In this document: piece by piece, positions 28,565 through 37,779 of the stretch
How positions within the stretch are numbered: position 1 is the first letter of the stretch
Layout of the letters: the number at the start of each line of letters is the position of its first letter
Source of the DNA: Treponemataceae bacterium
GTDB taxonomy: Bacteria > Spirochaetota > Spirochaetia > Treponematales > Rectinemataceae
DNA length: 64,000 bases
NCBI GenBank assembly: GCA_963678065.2
Contig: CAXXVZ010000005.1
Span: 1,088,001-1,152,000 of the forward strand
Direction of reading: 5' to 3'
Notes under the pieces: model-generated
What the model saw: only the letters and a program-made list of their open reading frames with translations
The model's database searches: none
Told to the model about the DNA's origin: nothing
Program-made: the position numbers and the translations under genes

Positions 28565-28722
28565 AACTAAAATGTTTTAGTTAATTATCCATTTAATTAG
28601 TGACATTCCATTCATTAATTTAGCTATTTATTAATATTTCATCTATTTCAATAGAATATTGAGCATTATTCTCACAAACCAAACTTAACATTGACAAATC
28701 GTTAAGTTCGGTTTAGTATACT
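28565..28722. promoter_or_regulatory. Divergent promoter region with operator-like inverted repeats
   Basis: AACTAAAA-TG-TTTTAGTT (28565-28582). AAACCAAACTTAAC..GTTAAGTTCGGTTT (28676-28714) flanks TTGACA (28691). TAGTAT/TATACT at 28714-28722. Confidence 0.6.
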
Positions 28723-28730
28723 CTTACATT

Positions 28731-29765
28731 ATGGCAGCAACGATTCGTCAGATAGCGGACTTGGCTGGCATCTCTCCAGCCGCCGTCTCCTTCGTCCTCA
28801 ACAACAAGCCGGGCGTCGGGCAGAAAACGCGCGACAAGGTTCTCGCGATCGCCGCCAAGCTCGGCTACGAGCAGAAAAAACCGAGGCAGCCGCCCTCAGC
28901 GCGCACACGCGCGGTCCGCATGCTCTACATCGCCAAGCAGGGCCACGTCACCTACCAGGCTCACCGCATCTTCATCTCCGAATACATCGCCGGCCTCGAG
29001 GAGGAGGCCAAGGCGGAGAACTATCGCGTCGAGATCCAGATAATGGAAGGATTCGATCCGCAAAAGGTGCTGCAGGCCATCAACACCGATATGGTGGACG
29101 GCGCGGTCGTACTCGGATCGGCGCTGGATGACGATAATCTCGAATTTTTCACGGAGGTGTCGGTGCCGATAGTCGTCGTTTACACCTACCGCCCATGGCT
29201 CGATCTGGACTTCGTCGACATGAACAACGAGTCCTCGGTGTGTGCCGCGCTGGAATACCTCCACGGCGCCGGGCATCGCCGCATAGGCCTCGTGAAGAGC
29301 CTGATCGAAACGAGGAATTTCCGGTTGCGCGAGCATGCTTTCATGGAGACGATGGATCGCCTGGGATTGCCCGTAGCCGCCTCCGACTGCTTCGCGATCG
29401 ACCCGACCTTCGACAAGGGAAGGCAGGACATGACGAAGTTGCTCGCCAACGCCGGGGACCTGCCCAGCGCCTTGTTCTGCGTCAACGACTTCATCGCATA
29501 CGGCTGCATCCAAGCCTTGAAGGACGTCGGCAAGAGCATCCCCGATGACGTTTCGATTGTCGGCTTCGACAACCTCCCCTCTGACGAGTTCATGGAGCCA
29601 TGCCTCAGCTCCGTGAAGGTCTCCAATCGCTCGATCGGGCGGCGCGCCATGCGGCTCCTCCTCGACCGTATCGCCGATCCGGGACGGCCCTCCGAAAAGG
29701 TATCCATCAGCGGTGAATTGATCGTGCGCAAAAGCATTCGCGCGATCTCGGCCTCTGTAGAATGA
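28731..29765 (+). CDS. LacI-family transcriptional regulator
   Basis: TIRQIADLAGISPAAVSFVLN HTH, IPDDVSIVGFD. Confidence 0.95.
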   Translation: MAATIRQIADLAGISPAAVSFVLNNKPGVGQKTRDKVLAIAAKLGYEQKKPRQPPSARTRAVRMLYIAKQGHVTYQAHRIFISEYIAGLEEEAKAENYRVEIQIMEGFDPQKVLQAINTDMVDGAVVLGSALDDDNLEFFTEVSVPIVVVYTYRPWLDLDFVDMNNESSVCAALEYLHGAGHRRIGLVKSLIETRNFRLREHAFMETMDRLGLPVAASDCFAIDPTFDKGRQDMTKLLANAGDLPSALFCVNDFIAYGCIQALKDVGKSIPDDVSIVGFDNLPSDEFMEPCLSSVKVSNRSIGRRAMRLLLDRIADPGRPSEKVSISGELIVRKSIRAISASVE

Positions 29766-29928
29766 TCCATATGCCTCGCTACAGCGTCGTGAGCGGCATG
29801 AACATGGACAGGGTGACTCGATCGACGGTCGCTTGTCTTCTCTGTTATTCAATAAATGGATATTCCACAAGAGGTTCATCAAATTTTAAGAGATGATTGT
29901 AGTTTATTTCCCTAAAATACCTTAGGAA

Positions 29929-29971
29929 ATGGGCCCTGCTGGACTTGAACCAGCGACCGACGGATTATGAG
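29929..29971 (-). repeat. 3' half of tRNA-Ile(CAU), att-like scar 2
   Basis: Minus strand CTCATAATCCGTCGGTCGCTGGTTCAAGTCCAGCAGGGCCCA runs from anticodon loop (CAT) to acceptor. The 5' half is absent. Confidence 0.85.
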
Positions 29972-30382
29972 ACAGAAATTTTACATATCACACTGTGTCT
30001 CTGTATGCCAAGATAATATGCAACTCTTTTCCTGTCAATATCATAGCGTATCATAATATGTTAATATATTTTTTATAATGCTGTCATTTATCTCATACTT
30101 CTATCTCATCCTGATTTCCCGGAAAATTGTAGCTATGAATAAATATGTCTATATTATAAATAGAAATGATTCACCATCCGAGAGCGTTGCATAGCTGTAT
30201 TTGTAGCTATACTTCTTGCCCATGAAAATATGTAACTTCTATTTGGATATGAAGTTACCAATTCCCTAGTTACAATGCGCCGGGAAATCAAGTCTCATAC
30301 GAGAATGTTTATTACAAGTCCGAATTGATAGATTTCGATTTCCACACAAAGCTACTAATTATTATCAACTACTTCCTTCGTT

Positions 30383-30457
30383 TTATCCGAAATTCAGATA
30401 CACGAAATTAGACGCTATCGGGACCGTCATACCCTTCGGCTCGATACTCGAAATTCA
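30383..30457. repeat. Partial copy of the module-boundary repeat
   Basis: TTATCCGAAATTCAG.TACACG.AATTAG....ATCGGG...CCCTTCGGCTCGATAC.CGAAATTCA matches 32117-32192. Confidence 0.75.
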
Positions 30458-30858
30458 TCTACTCGGCAGCTCTTCAAGGCCTCGGCAGACTGTCACGGCC
30501 TCGATGAGCACGCCTCTCCAGCTTGGAAGGCCGGGGTAATAGGCCGACTGCCTCCTAAGCAGTAGGTCATCCCCAAGGGACATCGAACCGCAGTTGCCGA
30601 GATGAAAAGCAGCAGCCCGCAAAGGTACTGCTCGCATCGACCAACCAGGCCCCGCCGCGAACCCGCGACGTAGGCGCTGTGCGCGATGATCGCGCTTGCG
30701 CGTAAGTTCCGGGTTCGCGCATGTCCTCGCGAATAGAAGGCGCGCCAGGACGGCGCGGCCTCGAAGATAGAGCCGCCCGCCCCGCGACTACTGTCGCGAA
30801 GGGGCGGGCGAGGATTGAGGGGCGAATTTAGAGGGGGTCTGACCCCCAGGGCGCGTCA

Positions 30859-31269
30859 TCAGGGGGTTTCACGCCAACGAGTAACAACCCACTTACCTGC
30901 GATCAATGAGATGTCTAGAGTAGCCCACACTCCTATCCCCGCCTGAAGTATATCCTTGCTGTTCTGATCCCTTATAACGAAGGAATAGCGCATATGGATA
31001 ACTCCCGACTTGAAGACATTTGAAAAAACGAACACAGGGAAGATAGTCAGCGCCTTAACCCCTTGCTTCCCATTACTGACTGAGAGAATCGAGTGATATA
31101 TATCATCTTGAATATACTCACTCCTTGGCAATGCTACAGCAGAATCGGAGAGGAATGTCTGCCTCACGGCTTGAATAGTCTTCAACGAAGACAGGTAGCA
31201 GAAGCCGATATAGACGACCACAAGAGCTAGAGCACAGACTGCCATGACCTTAAATGTACTCCTTCTCAT
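30859..31269 (-). CDS. Putative immunity protein 4 (N-terminal signal/TM)
   Basis: Directly downstream of the amidase toxin tip, GAGGTG RBS, hydrophobic N-terminus, low GC. Confidence 0.6.
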   Translation of the reverse strand: MRRSTFKVMAVCALALVVVYIGFCYLSSLKTIQAVRQTFLSDSAVALPRSEYIQDDIYHSILSVSNGKQGVKALTIFPVFVFSNVFKSGVIHMRYSFVIRDQNSKDILQAGIGVWATLDISLIAGKWVVTRWRETP

Positions 31270-31281
31270 GTTGTTATCACC

Positions 31282-31941
31282 TCACGGGTATACCGATGAT
31301 ATGTGAAAGAATATCAACGCATTATCGCCGCCAGAAAGTCCAGTGATTGGTTGATCGTGACGAGATACTGTATGAGCGGAATACGAAACCACTCCATTAT
31401 CTACAGAGGTGACAACTCCAAAGTGATGAACAGTTGCTCCTTCATCACGAGACCATCCGACCAGATCTCCTGGTTGAGTAGGAGTACCCGCAGCCGTATT
31501 CAATAATCCAGGTGAGCTCTCTAGGTAATTAGCAAGCCCGCCAGCTGTTGCCCAGGCGCTTGTGAAAGATCCATTGAAGCGACCAAGAATATCATACGAT
31601 CCGCTAGTAAAGTTCCAATCCGAATTCCGTGGAAGGCCGCCAGCGGCTAGACACTGTGATGCAAAGTTGGCGCAATCGCCACTACCTCGGACAGCGTTCA
31701 CGACTGAAGCGACTCCGCGACTCAAATCATATGCAGGATTAGAACTCAGGTCATACGTGTGCGCATAATCAACAGCGGCTGATCTATCATATACAGCATA
31801 GGATGCACCAGAAGTGTCAGCAGTTATCGTTGAGTATGCTTCGCTTATTGCTTGGGTAGCTTCAGCACTACCGCTGTAATGGTTTAGTGCCTCGTAGAAG
31901 GCTTCCGCATCCAACCCGGACGGATCCGTGAAGGATAGAGG
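31282..31941 (-). pseudogene. Orphan Rhs C-terminus 4: putative amidase (Amidase_6-like) toxin
   Basis: In-frame 'PLSFTDPSGL' junction at the 5' end. YDRSAAVDYA, DCANFASQCL..GG, HHFG, YSAHT motifs. Confidence 0.75.
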
Positions 31942-32116
31942 TCTCTCCCTATTTCCCGATATTGCCTATAGATAAGCCCTGTCCCGCGTGCGTGCTTTAT
32001 GGTTCAGGTCCGCTGTCAGAGATCGCTCACAAGGGTCACTGCTTCCCTTCCGGTTCGTATGATATATCGCCGTGTCCCTGCCCACAAGGGCAGGGAGGTA
32101 GAAGTCCCGTCGCTTG

Positions 32117-32280
32117 TTATCCGAAATTCAGGTACACGTAATTAGCCACAATCGGGTCTGCCTTCCCCTTCGGCTCGATACACGAAATTCATAGGCATGG
32201 AGTCAAGCATTCGGATGGGTGTCTTCCCATAGCCACGGGGCTGCGCGACTACTGTCGCGATGCCCCGCGGCAGTTCTTCA
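32117..32280. repeat. Module-boundary structured repeat, copy A
   Basis: About 140 nt similar to 41130-41270 and 47451-47590. Confidence 0.85.
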
Positions 32281-32353
32281 GCCGTACCATCAAAAACACC
32301 GCGCAACAAAAAAGCAGTTCACGCTGATTCGGATCTTTTCTTGCCTCGGATAC

Positions 32354-32400
32354 ACAAAGGCCGCCCCAGCATACACTGAAGCGGCCTTTGTCTTTTTTTT
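32354..32400 (+). terminator. Intrinsic terminator
   Basis: ACAAAGGCCGC-loop-GCGGCCTTTGT followed by CTTTTTTTT. Confidence 0.8.
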
Positions 32401-32403
32401 CTT

Positions 32404-32465
32404 GCCTAACCTTAAAGTTGAGCTGCAACGCGACACGCGTTGTCAGCTCGAACTTGGCGTTAGGC
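32404..32465 (-). other. Integron-type attC site
   Basis: Minus strand GCCTAAC-GCCAA-GTTCGAGC-TGACAACGCG-TGT-CGCGTTGCA-GCTCAAC-TTTAAG-GTTAGGC: R'', L'', L', R' boxes with two unpaired bases. Confidence 0.85.
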
Positions 32466-32494
32466 TTAGGTATCAGACTCTAAAGGCGTGTCTA

Positions 32495-33019
32495 TCAATA
32501 ATCCTTATAAATCACCTTCAGCATTTTCTTCTCTACATCAAACCAAAGCGAAACATAAGTCTCAGTGACATACGATTTCCCTGTTCCTTTCTCCTTAGCA
32601 AAAAATGAGAGACTAAGCGGAAATTCAATGACTTCATGACTAAGGCCAACGATTTCATCATCAGTTGGAACAACGATATCATATAAGACTTGCCCTATAT
32701 TCCCAAGAATCTTTTTCCCTGTAACAAGTCCCCAGATAGTACGTCTGCAACTATTTTCTGAATAAACATAATAGTATTCGACAACATTCTCTTCTTTTTT
32801 TACATTTGGATTGTACAATTTTGTATCTCTGAATTTGACAGCGATATATGGTTCCCCGAACACCATTGGTATTTGATTAGTATCTTTAGCTCTCAATCCA
32901 AAGTTCATTGGGAACTTGGGTAAATTATCAATTTCTTTGGGATTGAATTCCTGTGAATACACCACCCCCAGGGAAATTGAAATAAGTAGGACAATAAATG
33001 CTAAAAGAGTTCTTGCCAT
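32495..33019 (-). CDS. Putative periplasmic immunity protein 3
   Basis: Overlaps the toxin tip stop, signal peptide MARTLLAFIVLLISISLGVVYSQ, very low GC. Confidence 0.65.
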   Translation of the reverse strand: MARTLLAFIVLLISISLGVVYSQEFNPKEIDNLPKFPMNFGLRAKDTNQIPMVFGEPYIAVKFRDTKLYNPNVKKEENVVEYYYVYSENSCRRTIWGLVTGKKILGNIGQVLYDIVVPTDDEIVGLSHEVIEFPLSLSFFAKEKGTGKSYVTETYVSLWFDVEKKMLKVIYKDY

Positions 33020-33585
33020 ATGATGTATCCTTGACTGGCTGGATTCCTATTACCGCTGAAGGGCGTATAAGTTTTATTGACTACCCCGGACTCAGCATTT
33101 GGCGCGGTCTGTCTCGGATCTTTATTGTGAATTGCTTCCCATGTCGTACCGGGAGCAGAGGCATCCACGATCTGTTTTGTTACTTCATCGCCTATCTGCC
33201 CTACGCCGTAGTTAACATGATCATTTGGCTTTTCATATGAGTAAAAATTCAAAACACCTGCATCACCTTGTCTGTTTGTATTTACATCCTTAAATTTTCC
33301 AACAAAATTCGAGTTTGCCATACCATTTGCAGTTAGGCGGTCAACGTCTGCTCCCATGGCCCTAAGTGAACCTATACCTACACCACTACAATCAGCTTTT
33401 GTTGTTGTGGTTCCCGAGCCATACTCTACGCCAACATATTCTCTAATCTTTTCCGCAAACTGCAAATTTAGGTCTGTGGGGCTTCTTAGTGAATTTGTAT
33501 CCCGATCATAGAATTCATCGCCGTACAGCTGAGCACCTTCAATCTCCCGCAACCCTGTCGGATCTGTGGACTTTACTGGATTCTC
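33001..33585 (-). pseudogene. Orphan Rhs C-terminus 3: NlpC/P60-like (papain-fold) toxin
   Basis: 'NPVKSTDPTGL' junction. Y.G..Y, DCSG and downstream HV catalytic-like motifs. Confidence 0.6.
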
Positions 33586-33793
33586 GCCCCGCTGTTTTTC
33601 TTCTCCACGAGCCACCTCCCCGGTTTCGGTTTTTTTGGTCTCAGCGAGCGAGGCATAGAGCAGATACAGCCACAGCGCCTCGGTGAAGGTCTGCAGCCAC
33701 CTCCGGAGAAACCCTTCCACTACGAGCAGTTCCACAGTCAGCTTGACGTGCTGCTGTGGCAGGAGAAGGGGCGCGCACCGCATGAAAGAGATT

Positions 33794-34795
33794 CTATCCT
33801 GGCCGACCTTCCGGGACAAGGCGGGCGAGCCTTTTGATATAGTCCCTGTCCACCTCCGCATAGATCGCCTGCTCCCTCGGGTGGTAGCGCCGATAGATCC
33901 GCTTAAGGTTCTCCGTCACGACGTGCGTGTACCGCGCCGTCGTCTCGACTCCTGCGTGACCCAAGAGTTCCTGGATCTGGCGCACGCTCACGCCGCGGCT
34001 TAAAAGATGGGTCGCGGTGGCATGCCGGACCGAGTGGGCCGACAGGGTCGGGTCGTCCATACCGAAGCGCCGCAGGAGGGTTCGGAAACGCTCACTCACA
34101 CTCGCTGGCCTCACATGGCTCCCTGTCCTCGGTCCGCAGGTCCCCGTGAATATCCAGGCCTGCGGATCATGGGCGCGGTTCCCGAGGTACAGAAGCAGCA
34201 CATCCCGCGCGACCTCCGAGATCGGCACGAGCCTGTCCTTGTCACCCTTGCCCCGCACGCGCATGATCCGGCGCTCGAAGTCCACGTCGCCCACCGTAAG
34301 GCCCGCAACTTCGCCCACACGAAGGCCAGCCGCGTACACGAGCTCGAAGAGCGCGCGATCCCGCAATCCCTGCGTCGTCGTCGTATCGAGCTCGTCAAGA
34401 AAGCGCTGCATCTCCGTTTCTGTGAACGCGCGGCGGCGTACAGACTCCGGGGGGAGCGGATCACCCAGTTGCCCGGCGGGGTTGTCGTCGATAAGCCCTG
34501 AGCGGTACAGACAGGCGTACAGAAGCCGTACCATCCCGAAGCGACTATTGACCGTCGTGTGCTTAAGCCGTTCTCCCGTCGTCTTCGACAGTCGCGCCGC
34601 GAGATCCTCGCGGTAGCCAAGGAGCTGCGCCGGCGTGACCTGACGTATATCGCCTATCGCGTGCTCTTCGGTCCAGCGGTAATACCCTATGATCGTAGCA
34701 CGCGCGTGGGCCATGTAGCACGCGCCGATCCGCCTGGCCACGAGGTCCTCGCTCACCAGGTGCAGTCCCAAAGCTTGTACGGCCTCGCCAGTCAC
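33794..34795 (-). CDS. Tyrosine recombinase (XerC/D-like), catalytically complete
   Basis: GLRVGE, GKGDKDR, HSVRH, LLGH, TARY. Confidence 0.93.
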   Translation of the reverse strand: MTGEAVQALGLHLVSEDLVARRIGACYMAHARATIIGYYRWTEEHAIGDIRQVTPAQLLGYREDLAARLSKTTGERLKHTTVNSRFGMVRLLYACLYRSGLIDDNPAGQLGDPLPPESVRRRAFTETEMQRFLDELDTTTTQGLRDRALFELVYAAGLRVGEVAGLTVGDVDFERRIMRVRGKGDKDRLVPISEVARDVLLLYLGNRAHDPQAWIFTGTCGPRTGSHVRPASVSERFRTLLRRFGMDDPTLSAHSVRHATATHLLSRGVSVRQIQELLGHAGVETTARYTHVVTENLKRIYRRYHPREQAIYAEVDRDYIKRLARLVPEGRPG

Positions 34796-35826
34796 GATCG
34801 GAACTCCCAGCTTCCGCGCGGGTGCGCCGCGTCCACCGCCGCGCGCAGGCTCTCCTTGCTCCGCCGCAGGTAGGTCTGTGTGCTGCCTAAGTTCCGAAAC
34901 CCGACCAAGATTTGCACGTGCCGAAGGTCGCAGCCTGACTCGACCAGGTGCGCCCCCAGGCTCGTCCGAAAGCCGTAGCTTGTGATCATCGGCAATCCCT
35001 CACTCGCACAGGTCTCGGCCAAAACCTCGTTGATCACCTGAGTCAGCCTCCCGTGCCCCGCGCCGAAGAGCGTGTGCGCATACCTCCGCTCGTACTCGTG
35101 AAACACAAGTTTCCGTCGCGGCAGATACTCCTTGAGCACCCCCGCCGCGTAGCTCGTCAGGAAGGCCGTCCGTCCCTGCCCCGAGCGCCCGCTCCGAACC
35201 CACACTGTCCGCTCGCGAAGATCAAGGTCAGCCGGTTCGAGCGCGGCCGCCTCACTCGCGTGCAAGCCCGCAGCGTACATGAGTTCCGCCGCCACGTGCA
35301 CCCGATAGGTCTTTACCACCTTCCACCACGGCCGCACCTCATCGAAGCGCGACAGGGCCGCAAGGAGTCTCGCCATCTCCTCGACCGTCAGCGCATTCTC
35401 CGACAGATGCTCTCCCACCCGCACCCGACGGATCTCGCGGAAGGGATTCGTCCGTATCGTCCCCGTCTTCACGAGGTAGTCGAAGAACCGCCTGGCCGCT
35501 TTCAGATGGTTGTTGATCGTCCCCGCGTTGTACGGCCGCCCTGTCGCTGCTGTCATCGTCGACAGCTTCACCTGGTAGCGCAGAGCCTCAGCAAGCCCTA
35601 CCTCCGCAACCTCGAGTTCCTCCGCTTCCAGCCATGAGCCGACGGTCCGCGCAAGCGTGCGTATCGACTCGTAACCCTGATCAGTTACCTTCGGCTGTTC
35701 TTCAGCGAGAAAGGCTTCGATCTGCGCCGAAAGCCGTACGGAGTATATGCCATCCACGTTCGCCTCTCTTCCCCGCCGGAATTGCGCGACCAGATTGGTA
35801 ATTCCTTGTCGCGCCAGGGGCAACAC
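34792..35826 (-). CDS. Tyrosine recombinase-like protein with degenerate active site
   Basis: GLHASE, GRSGQGR, YGFR, LVGF, TQTY; SAM-like N-terminal region. Confidence 0.85.
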   Translation of the reverse strand: MLPLARQGITNLVAQFRRGREANVDGIYSVRLSAQIEAFLAEEQPKVTDQGYESIRTLARTVGSWLEAEELEVAEVGLAEALRYQVKLSTMTAATGRPYNAGTINNHLKAARRFFDYLVKTGTIRTNPFREIRRVRVGEHLSENALTVEEMARLLAALSRFDEVRPWWKVVKTYRVHVAAELMYAAGLHASEAAALEPADLDLRERTVWVRSGRSGQGRTAFLTSYAAGVLKEYLPRRKLVFHEYERRYAHTLFGAGHGRLTQVINEVLAETCASEGLPMITSYGFRTSLGAHLVESGCDLRHVQILVGFRNLGSTQTYLRRSKESLRAAVDAAHPRGSWEFRS

Positions 35827-36306
35827 TCGCTATCGGTAGTCAGTGCCCAGTTCTGCCCAGACTGACCAGATTTATGCCGTTGATCCGGAGAGTCGTTCTG
35901 CCATCGCCTCAGGACTCGGAATCATCGACAGATCCACCGCCCCAATCTCCGCGTCCTCGCGAAGCCGGTAATAGGCTCGCGAGCGTTCCGAGCCCCCTCG
36001 CGCAATCGACACGTAGTCGTACTCGACGAGCTGCCGCAGACTCTGCTTGATCCATGTATGCCCCAGCCCGGTCAGCTCCCGTACCTGCCGCTGCGTGAAG
36101 CTCACCTCTTCAGCCCGTAAGTGCTGCGCTCTCGCCTCGCGGCCCACCCACGTACGCAACTCGCCGTACAGTGTGTAGCGTAATCTAGAAATACCCGAAA
36201 AGATCAAACTGGAATGGACAGAAAAATCGTCAGAATTCCCCATAAAAATCGTGGGGAGGAAGTGGCGATGAAAACCCTGTAGGATTTATCCAGCAGGGAG
36301 GAGGGA

Positions 36307-37779
36307 ATGCTCCACATGAACCAGATTGATCACGTCAAAGATTTGCAAAGGCAGGGCTATGGTCCCTGCGAGATCGCTGAACGGCTGGGAATCGATCGAA
36401 AAACAACAGCGAAGTATATGAAGCAGGAGGACTTCAACGCCTCTACCGAAGTGCCCCGCGAGCTTCCCTCGAAACTTGATCGATGGAAGCCAACCATCGA
36501 TCAATGGCTTGCCGAAGACCTGAAGATGCGTTTCAAGCAGCGCCATAGGGCCATGAGGATCCATACAAGGCTTCTGGAAGAACACCCCGACGACTACGAC
36601 TGCTCATATCCTTTGGTCCAGCGCTATGTCAAACGGCGGAAAGCGGCCAGGAAAGAAGCGGAGGGGTTTCTTGAGCTCGTCTGGTCGAAAGGCGAGGCGC
36701 AGGCCGATTTCGGAGAGGCAGAACTGATCGAGGCCGGCGTTCGAAGGACCGTCAAATACCTGACCTTGACCTTTCCCTTCAGCAATGCGGGCTTTACGCA
36801 GTGTTTCAGCGGCGAGACGGCCGAATGTGTTTCCCAGGGGCTCAAAGATATATTCAGCCACATAGGTGGCGTTCCCGCCAGGATCGTGTTCGACAACGCA
36901 ACGGGCGTAGGCAGACGGGTCCGCGACCGTGTCACCTTGAGCCAGCTTTTCCTTCGGTTCAAATGCCACTATGGCTTTGCGGTCAGCTTCTGCAACCCTG
37001 CTTCAGGCCATGAGAAAGGGAATGTCGAAAACAAGATCGGCTATGCGAGAAGGAACTTCTTCGTTCCTCTGCCGGTTGTGGACAGCCTCGAGTCTTGGAA
37101 CAAGGAATTGCTCGAAAAAGCGGCGAAAGATCATGACCGATCGCATTACAAGAAAAATCAGAATATTGCCGAGTTGTTCGAAGAGGAGCGGCAGTCTTTA
37201 GGGCTTTTGCCGGTGCGAAGCTTCATCGTCGAGCGTTTCGAGCGAGTATCCACGGATGGCTACGGAAAGTTCTGCATTGACGGAAAGCATTGGTATTCAA
37301 GCGCTCCCGAATGCGGGAACAGCGAAGTGACCGTAGGGCTCAAGGCGCATGAACTCGTCGTGTACCGCAGCGAAGGAACCCCGTTGTGTGTCCACCGAAG
37401 AGTCTATGGCGACGAGCGGAGCGACAGCTGCGATTACCGAACAAGCCTTGAAACCCTCATGAAGAAGCCTGGCGCATGGATCAATAGCGCCTTTAGGGCA
37501 GGCGTTGACGATACCATACGAGTCGCGATGGACGAACTCTCAAAGCCTGATCTGCGCAATGTGCTGAAAGTCCTGGTGAAAAGCAGTACGACCTTTGGGT
37601 TCGACGTCGCCATGACCTCGCTTGAGGAAGCGATTGCCCGAGGCCGGCTGGACAGTTTCAGCCTTAGCGCGGTTGCTTCCAGGGTCGCCTTTGATGGGCT
37701 TCACGGCATTCCCTCCGAGGGACCCGACCTCGGAGCCTACGATCGCGCCCTCATGAGCAACTCGGAGACCGTGTCATGA
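36307..37779 (+). CDS. istA: IS21 transposase
   Basis: N-terminal HTH, AQADFG, FDN, EKGNVE DDE motifs. Confidence 0.95.
   Translation: MLHMNQIDHVKDLQRQGYGPCEIAERLGIDRKTTAKYMKQEDFNASTEVPRELPSKLDRWKPTIDQWLAEDLKMRFKQRHRAMRIHTRLLEEHPDDYDCSYPLVQRYVKRRKAARKEAEGFLELVWSKGEAQADFGEAELIEAGVRRTVKYLTLTFPFSNAGFTQCFSGETAECVSQGLKDIFSHIGGVPARIVFDNATGVGRRVRDRVTLSQLFLRFKCHYGFAVSFCNPASGHEKGNVENKIGYARRNFFVPLPVVDSLESWNKELLEKAAKDHDRSHYKKNQNIAELFEEERQSLGLLPVRSFIVERFERVSTDGYGKFCIDGKHWYSSAPECGNSEVTVGLKAHELVVYRSEGTPLCVHRRVYGDERSDSCDYRTSLETLMKKPGAWINSAFRAGVDDTIRVAMDELSKPDLRNVLKVLVKSSTTFGFDVAMTSLEEAIARGRLDSFSLSAVASRVAFDGLHGIPSEGPDLGAYDRALMSNSETVS

Noticed and set aside
29929..29971. Functional tRNA gene
   Set aside because: The D-arm and 5' acceptor strand are missing in both copies.
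33794..35826. Calling the recombinases integron integrases (IntI)
   Set aside because: No IntI-specific insertion is visible before the HxxR box, and they occur as a coupled pair in an ATPase/HTH element.
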